Source: Felis catus | Lineage: Eukaryota | Length of the DNA: 64,000 nucleotides | Assembly: GCF_018350175.1 (NCBI RefSeq) | Contig: NC_058369.1 | Coordinates: 14,696,001-14,760,000 of the forward strand | Direction: 5' to 3' | Part shown: in pieces, positions 55,291 through 64,000 of the stretch | Numbering within the stretch: the stretch's first letter is position 1 | Layout of the letters: each line of letters starts with the position of its first letter | Program-made: the position numbers and the translations under genes | Notes under the pieces: model-generated | What the model saw: the letters and a program-made list of their open reading frames with translations, nothing else | What the model was told of the DNA's origin: nothing | Database searches by the model: none

Positions 55291-56119
55291 TTCAGTAAAT
55301 ATTTGTTGAGCTACACTAAAACGTTGAGTCAGACATTTCTCCATGCCTCCCTGCCAGGCTATAACTTAGGTCCACAGTTACCAGCAGAAAGGAGGTGTGG
55401 TAAGTATAGGAGCGTGTCCATGAAGTATTTGTCAGGTGCGAGAACTCCAAACCTTTCCCCAAGATACAGATGGTGTGGTTGTATTAAGCAGAAGGTCTCT
55501 TAAGAGAAAGTAACCTTTTGTAGCAAAACCCCCCCAAAACTCCACTTTTTATAAATTCGTCATTTAAATGTCCCATCACAATTTAACCGAGTACTTTCAG
55601 ACGTCATATTGATGTCAGGGTCAACCGGAAGAGAGAAATGCAGCTGTAGAAGCACAACCACTTCAGCTGGAATATCCCTGAAATAAGCAGGAGCTGAATA
55701 GTGATGCTGGCCTGGCAGGAGAGCGATCGAGCTTAGTAGCAATCCCAACCATGGAAGCGCTTCCCGAGCTCATGGCTTTCCTTGGCTCAGGATGATAAAG
55801 AGCTGGAATATGTTGCTTATTCTCAGTGTGCTGAAATGTAGTATGTGATTTCAGAAGGACATGGCATGAGGCCACATCAGATCCTCAAAACTAATAGAGA
55901 CAACAGGTGGTTGGACTTGCCCAAGGTCACACCGCTAGTGTCATATGTGAAATTTAAATTCCTGTATCTTTTCTTGCTTTTCCTTCAGATTTCTCTTTAT
56001 TGGTCATACTTCTGTTCCATGATGCCCCTTTAGTTGTTTATTATAGAGTTGACCACTTAGGGCTCCACTCTTGCCCTGCTTGTGAGGATGGGAGGAGCTT
56101 GTTTTTAGATTATATTTAT

Positions 56120-56428
56120 TTTTAAAGTTTATTATTTTTTTTATTTTGAAAGACGGCACAAGTGGGGGAGGGGCAGCAAAGGAGAGGGACACAGAAAGGA
56201 TCCCAAGCCGACTCTGCACTGCCAGCACACAGTCTAATGTAGGGCTTGAACCCACAAACCGTGAGATCATGACCTGAGCTGAAGTCGGATGCTCCACTGA
56301 CTGAGCCACCTAGGTGTCCCTTAAGATTTTATTTTTTAAGTAATCTCTGTACCCAAGATGGGGCTTGAACTCACAATCCCAAGATCAGGAGTCACGTGCC
56401 CTACTGACTGAGACAGCTGGGTGCTCCT
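56120..56428 (-). mobile_element. Two CanSINEs
   Basis: Reverse SINEC bodies at about 56120-56320 and 56325-56428. Confidence 0.85.
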
Positions 56429-57849
56429 GGCAGCTCCTTTTAGATGAAAAAGCTTTTTTGCCCTCAGACCTTCCTGTGTGTGAGTGTGAGAAATAAAATG
56501 GTTTTGCATTTTGATTTTGCCTTTCTTCCTACATAATGCAGAAGTGTAGCTTTGACCCCAGGTGGCTTCGGTTTCACTCTCCTTCAGCTACTGGCCACCA
56601 CAGGACTAAGGTCATTTTAGTTTCGTGGAATGGTTTTGGTGTCCACTTCCCCTCTCACCCCCTTCCATTTTCTACCTCTTTGAAGAAGCTCAGCCCAAAT
56701 TATGTTAAACCCATTCATATTTCCAGTAAATTGCTTTGCCTAGGGTACCCCCCTCCAGTTAGTTGCCACACAGCAGAGCCAGCTGAGTTAGATTCTTTGA
56801 AGCCTAAAAGTTAAGGAAAAATGGTTTGGCTTAGGCTCTTTGGCCCGTGGGATGTCAGGGCTTGCAGGGGAAGAACTTGCTACCTGATTTCAAACATGTG
56901 CTGAGAATGTGACACTTGGCAAAAAGTAAGGGGAGCCCAACATTATTGTTCCCTGGCATGTCAGCTGGCAGTTCTACAAAGGGTTCTTTTTTAGCTGTAC
57001 GTGGTTAGCGATGACCTTAGTACAGGGCATCTCCACTCCTAATTTCAGCCTCCTAAGGGGACTTCATTTTGGTAAAACAGCCAGGCTGGAAGTTTGAGCA
57101 GATAACTTCTCTGCTGCATGTCATTCATTTTTTTCAAGTGTTTAACCCCCTATGGATTAACCACTAGGGATATGGTGAGCAGACAGCCTTATTTTCCGGG
57201 GCTTGCAGATCAAACGCCTGGAAGTGGATCATGTGCCCTATTATCCTGCCTGAATGCGGATTAGGTGCCCTGCTGCCCTTCATCCCGGGAATACACTGTC
57301 AAGAGGTGCCTGTATGTGCAAGTACTTCCTGAAGGAGTCCTAGCAAGACCTGAAGTTTTGCAGCGGGGGGGACCGGGGCCTTGAGGGCTGGGAAGGTCCC
57401 TTGAAGCCAATGATAAACAAAGAGGGCTGCTGGGATCTGCAGAGCACGATGGGATGCACATTTACCGAACTCTTCTGAAGTGCCAGGAGGTCTTAGTAGT
57501 AACACATATTAACTCCATTTAATATTCATGATAACCTTATGAAATTTGGTACCACTATTCAATTTTAGAAGTCAGGAAACAGGGACAGAGAGGTAAATAA
57601 AGTAACTTGCCCAAGTTTACACGCTGAGAATCCGGGACTTAAGCTGAAAACAGACCTATTCTTTCGGCCAACTGTTGAACAAAGATCCTGAAGCAGAGGG
57701 TGTTTGGGGCTCCTGTGAGGAGGCCAATTTTCTGGCAGGTGAGAATGTAAGGAAGGCTGAAGCCCGCTTCGTGAAACCCTTGGGAAGACCTCCAAAAGGC
57801 AGTGACGTGGAAGAGTTTTTAGGAAGATAAATATGGCCAGGTTGCAGAA

Positions 57850-58430
57850 TGAGTAATAAGAGCGCCTCGTTGGCCGGCCACCAGCCTCTCATCCTTCTGG
57901 TGTCCTTACAGTGGGAGGGAGCCTGGTGCGGTGGGTTTGCGGGCTGTTTCCGCAGCGGCGGCTCCCGAGTCGGGCTGAAGCCTGGCTCTGAGCCGGGGAG
58001 GAAGCAGCGAGAGGAAGCCGCTCCCGCCTTCCTAGAGAGGAGACCGCAGTGGTTCCGACCGGCGCGGGCTGCTGACGTCACGCCCGCCCGGCGTCCAGGC
58101 TGCCTGGGAGCGTCCCGACGCCGAGTGTCCAGACGTGTGGCGGGCGGTGCCGCGGACGGCACCGGGGGAGTTGAGTCGGCCGTGTCGGGCTGCGGTGATC
58201 TCGTCGCGGCCCCACTCTCCGAGCCGGGGCCGGCCCCCCGCAGCGCCTCTTCCCGGCGCGCGGGAACCTTTGGAGCGGGGGTCGGGCACCGCCAGCGGGG
58301 GCCAGCTTGCCCTGAAGAGGGAAAGGAGAAGGCTGTTCCAGAGGCCTGGTCTGGGAGTCGGGAGACCCGGGTTCCATTTGTATGTACTTGAGGGAGGAAG
58401 CGAACTTCTGGGTGCGTCGCTTTTCTGGTT
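57850..58430 (+). promoter_or_regulatory. CpG island, probable ZNF501 promoter, with a full CRE
   Basis: CpG-rich, TGACGTCA at 58073-58080, about 4.5 kb upstream of the ZNF501 ORF. Confidence 0.8.
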
Positions 58431-61400
58431 TCCAGAAGCGAGTGCTGTTCCTTGCTTTTCCAGTTGGCAGAGTTGCGTGGGTTGAATGAGTATAGGTGAG
58501 AGTTTGCAATTTCCTTTAAGTTTTTATCCTCTAATAGCAACAAAATAGGTGCTATATGAAGACACGTTTAGCAGCAGGTCCTATTTGTTGAAGGCATTTT
58601 CCTAAATACTTCCATGTATTGACTAATTCATGCATCATCACAACCCTATTAAGTAGTTATTGTCAACGCCAGCCATGTAACCTTTGAAAACAGATCTCAG
58701 AAAGGTTAAGTAATTTACCCAAGATCTCTTGTCTAATAAATGGTAGAACAGGGATTCAAATCCAGAGGAGCCAATGGCATACTTCAAGTTTAGTGGAGGA
58801 AGACATTTTATCAGAGCATCAAACCAGTGGAAAGTGCTACAATAGAGCCATGTGAAATCCTTTGGGAATCTAGAGGAGAAAGGGCATTGCAAGTCAAAAG
58901 TTTTTCACCAACGAGAAGTGTACAGTTCACATTTTAGCTGAATATTAAAGTTGAGTAGCAGTTTGAATTCATTTGTTCAGTGTCAAATAGAAGGTGTTTG
59001 TGGATTGGGACCGATTAGACTGGTAACCAGATCCGCGCCTTTTGCTAGAGTGTTCTTTCCTTTCCATTCAGAGAGAGTTCTTAAAACCTTTCCTCTGAAG
59101 AGGGGTCCTGAACATCTTCTATAAGACTCCCCTAAAAGACTTCCCCTGTCCTTTCTTGGAGATTCTGCTTTACAGAGATGCAGTCTTATTTTCCTGAAAT
59201 TCCTCTACTTTGGATTGTGGGAAGATAACTGTAGGGGAGTTTCCTTGCTGTTGACTCAGCCTCTTCTCAAGAAGAGCTGATCTCACTGTTTGATGCATAG
59301 TAACTGCTCAATCAGTATTTTCCAAGTAAATGAATTCAGTAAGCAGCCTCAACCACAGACGGACTGGACCTGAGGTTTTTGCTCTTTTCCCATCTGTTTT
59401 TAGAATCAAAGGATCACTGAATGTTTGTACTAGTTTTCCACTTTCCTTTCAGATACTAAAGCAAATCACAGATGAAACCAAGTGACTAGCTTCAGGTCAT
59501 TGAACAAGTTAGTGGCAGAGCCCAGACGAGAACCAGGCCAGTGTTTGTTATAATGTCCTCTACTGTAGCCCCAGTTTTTGGCTTTTGAAGTCAACGGCTT
59601 TTCCAGTAGGTTTGGGCTGGGGGCGGAGGGGGGGGGGCGCTTCGGTTCCAACCTTATCTCCTGTGGAGGAATGTTTACCCCAGGATAGTCCTTAGGAGCA
59701 CCTGCCCCCTTTCTTTGTGCACTGTCAGGTCTCTCAGAAGAGTACCCGCTTACTGATTTTTGTCATTGGTAATACTCTTTTCAGGAGAATAATGATATTC
59801 TTCATTCAGACTTAAAATAGTTATTTGGTTAGGGATGGGCTATTCCTGAGTTCCTCTGAATCCAGCAGCTGACAATTTCTGGGTGCTTTTTTCTCCTTCC
59901 TCCATGCCTTAGATTTCTGCCCTCCCTCAAGAGAAGGTTCCAGGAGACAAACCAGTGTCGCTTGTGTTCCTAACAGCTTATCTCTGGGTAAGTGAAATCG
60001 AAAGAGCCCACGATGGGTTGTTACGGGGGTGCTCATTCAGAAGTGGTGGCGGACCTACAGTGGGACCCACCAGTGACCACCACACCTGAACGCTGCAGAC
60101 TGAAAACACAGAACCACCCTGAAATGGGCCCACCTTATTCCAATCAGAGTGAGTGCGGCCCGTTATGGAAGCAGACAATGAAGTAACTGGCTACAGGACA
60201 GATCAGAGAATGTACTAATTGTATATCACATGTACTTAAACTGTAGCAAGAGTAGCTACCCCTTCTGCAGTTATCTGGTGGAACATCTGGCAGCTTCACT
60301 GAACTGCTTGGTATAATGCCTTAATGGTGTACCAGTGAGAAAACTGGTGGTATATTACTGGAAGACCCATCACAAAGGCGATTTAAGTGTCTCCTCAGGG
60401 AATATGAATGGGCTCCCGGCTCTGTTTGGCACAAGAGTCTAAGTAATAGCAACTTCTGTTCTTGTGCATCAGAAGGCAAGATGGAGCCTGGGATCTGTTA
60501 AATTCAGTAAGAAAAGCACGCTGTGAACTGGATTCATAGGTTATGGGAACTCTATGAATAGGTTGTGACTATGGTCTGAAGGATTCAGTGTAGTTTAATA
60601 TGTATGCATAATATATGTACACATGCATATGCCTAGAAGAAAGGTCATCAAAAAACCAACTGTATTTTCACTAGGTGGTGGGATTTCAAGTAATTTCCTT
60701 TGTGGACTGTTTTAGAATGAGCGTACATTGTTTGTATCTGTAATAAACAAAACGAAACAAAACTTTTTGAGACAATAAAAATAAAGGCAAGAAAAGTGTG
60801 GTTAGAGTTTGGGTGTTATGTTTCACTATTGAAACCATATGGGGTTAATTTTTGTATACAGCATATCTATACTGGAAGTTTATACAGAAGATAAAGATGA
60901 TACAGTCAGGAAAAATATTCAATATATTTAACCACCAGTGTGGTACAGTAATGCCCAATCAGATCAGTCTCTGATTTTATACAATTTGTGCAGAGATCCC
61001 AGTGTGTCCCAACTCTCAGCCCCAGTAGATCCGTATGGACCAAGAAAAAATGATCCTGAAGACACATCTTTACTGGGAAAAAAATGAATAAATAAAAGCA
61101 AATAGCAGAGCAGCAGAACCTATAGAACAATTTTATTTATGCAGAAAGAAGCAAATGGTATGTGTATAAAAATATATAGAAAAAAGACTGAATGAATCTA
61201 CCTCCAAACTTGATAATCTCTGGGAAGGGACTGGGTTTGTTTGGGTAGGGTGGGCGGTGATAAAAAATGACTAATTTATCCTACATACTTTTATATTATT
61301 TGAGTATTTTAAAGTGAGGATATATTCATATGTAACTTATATTTAAAAATTGAAATAAAAAGCGGCCTCAGAGAAGAAGAATGTGTCAGTGTCTTCAGCA

Positions 61401-62762
61401 CCATCCAGGGAGGAGGTTGCTAATGTGAGGCACATGAATATCTGTTCTCAGAGTCTGTGCCCTTATTCAGAGCATCGGGATTTCAAAGTCTGATGCCATT
61501 AAGATCATCTAAATACTTCTCTTGCTCCAGTTCTAAGGAGTGTCCTGATGACAATGATTTGGTTCCCATGCAGTTTTTCTGTAGTGGAGAGAATGTGTCA
61601 ACTAGCTGGACATGCAGCATATCAATTTCTCATTATAGATGAGCAAAGTGACTTTGTTTTCTGTATCATCTTGTGAATTTGATTAGTATACATCATATTC
61701 TGAAGCACTTTAAAGTGTCACAGGTGAGGCTGGGTTCTGGACCATGATGATATAGTCAAGTTACTGTCTAATGGGAATCTCTTCCCCAAGGACCACCCCT
61801 ATCCTAATTTTTCTCTAAACAAAACACTGATATCTTACTTGCTTTCAGTAAGCAAGGCTCTAGTTTTTAAACCTAAAGATCTTCCAGTTAGACACAGGGG
61901 AGAGCTACAGATGCTGAGTTTTGGAGAGAGAAGTCCAAAGAGACACCTATCAAGGTGAGTGAATAGGAAGGATTGGGATGATGGACCCGGTAAAAGTAAC
62001 AACCTGGAATACCTTTGAAATCTTAAAAGAGAAACTCTAATTGTCACTAGACAATGATGTAAACTTGTACTTTTCTCAAGCAGCACGAGCAAGACATTGC
62101 TTATAGGTATCCTAAGGAAATGGAATTACTTTTCATCTGTTTTTTGAGGAGTAGAGACCATAGGTAGGTAGTACTTTTCCCTAACGGTTTACCCAAGATT
62201 AGAATACTTATCCTTTTCACATTCTACTATTTATCACTCTGCATCATCTTAAATTACCTGGATTAATTTTTAGTACTTGAGTGTTTCAGAATCAATCACG
62301 ATAGGGAATTGTATAGATTTCCCAAGATATGTCACTACTTAATCTCTTCTATTATCTAATCTTCTCCCCAGGTTATTGTGATCTGTATATATTATTGAGA
62401 AGAGGATAAAATCAAGATTCTACAATGCAGGTCCCTTGTTCTGCACAGAGGACATCTTCCTTCATGATTTTTTTTTTCAGGCAAGAAGACCAAGCCTGAT
62501 GTAACAAACAGTGTTAAGTGACTTGTGGAAGATGACGAGGATGTCGAGGGTCAGGGAACCTGGTCATCAGGGGTTTACAATCGGAGAAGGTAACGATACA
62601 TGCCGGACAAGGAAGAGGAGGGGCATCCTGCAGGAATGCCTGGGAGTACAGTACATGCACACATACACACAGAACATTCCCAGGACAGTGTTACTGTAAC
62701 CATAGTCATCTTTGAGAAAGTACCTTGTAAGTATCATGAACTTGAGAGACAGTTTCCTGTAA

Positions 62763-63623
<861 letters not shown>

Positions 63624-63789
63624 AACTTGGGATATAAACCATGTGGAAAGATTTGTATGAAAATGCCACCCCCCACCTCCAAATTCTTAGATATTGAAGA
63701 CTAAGTCTTCAGCTGGGATGAATGTTCTATATGTTGAGCAAGAGGCAGTGTGTCCTGAAAGTTAAGAAAATAGATCAGAATTAGATAGT

Positions 63790-64000
63790 CTTTTTTTTTT
63801 CAACGTTTATTTTATTTTTGGGACAGAGAGAAACAGAGCATGAACGGGGGAGGGGCAGAGAGAGAGGGAGACACAGAATCGGAAACAGGCTCCAGGCTCC
63901 GAGCCATCAGCCCAGAGCCTGACGCGGGGCTTGAACTCACGGACCGCGAGATCGTGACCTGGCTGAAGTCGGACGCTTAACCGACTGCGCCACCCAGGCG
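63790..64000 (-). mobile_element. Young felid SINE just 3' of the ZNF501 stop, truncated by the window end
   Basis: CpG-rich SINEC_Fc-type body with T tail. Confidence 0.93.

Noticed and set aside
57656..58543. 295-aa minus-strand ORF and other ORFs in CpG islands (also 1466-2113, 21452-21829, 39775-40227)
   Set aside because: Stop-poor GC-rich sequence with no recognisable domain.

Overview
Mammalian DNA from a felid, judged from young cat-type CanSINEs; probably cat chromosome A2 or an orthologue. The left end holds ATP13A1 coding exon 1 (minus strand) and its CpG-island promoter. The right end holds the paralogous KRAB-less C2H2 genes ZNF502 (14 fingers) and ZNF501 (9 fingers) on the plus strand, each with its own CpG island. 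In human ATP13A1 is on 19p13 and ZNF502/ZNF501 are on 3p21, so the repeat-rich interval at about 2.5-39 kb likely contains the carnivore HSA3/19p synteny junction. That interval holds many CanSINEs, L1 pieces, nested MER31/MER21 LTRs, an ERVL pol remnant, dead MARK2-like and MCTS1 retrocopies, and an orphan promoter-like CpG island with candidate minus-strand exons. It also holds a TSD-flanked chimeric retroposon that starts at the 5' end of SNORA70 and runs through a retained intron stub into spliced RPL10 3' exons and poly(A). Both ZNF genes carry a decayed KRAB-B exon: its Met starts ZNF502 but is predicted to open only a short uORF in ZNF501. All identifications come from recalled sequences, not database searches, and repeat boundaries are approximate. 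I found no clearly unprecedented system.
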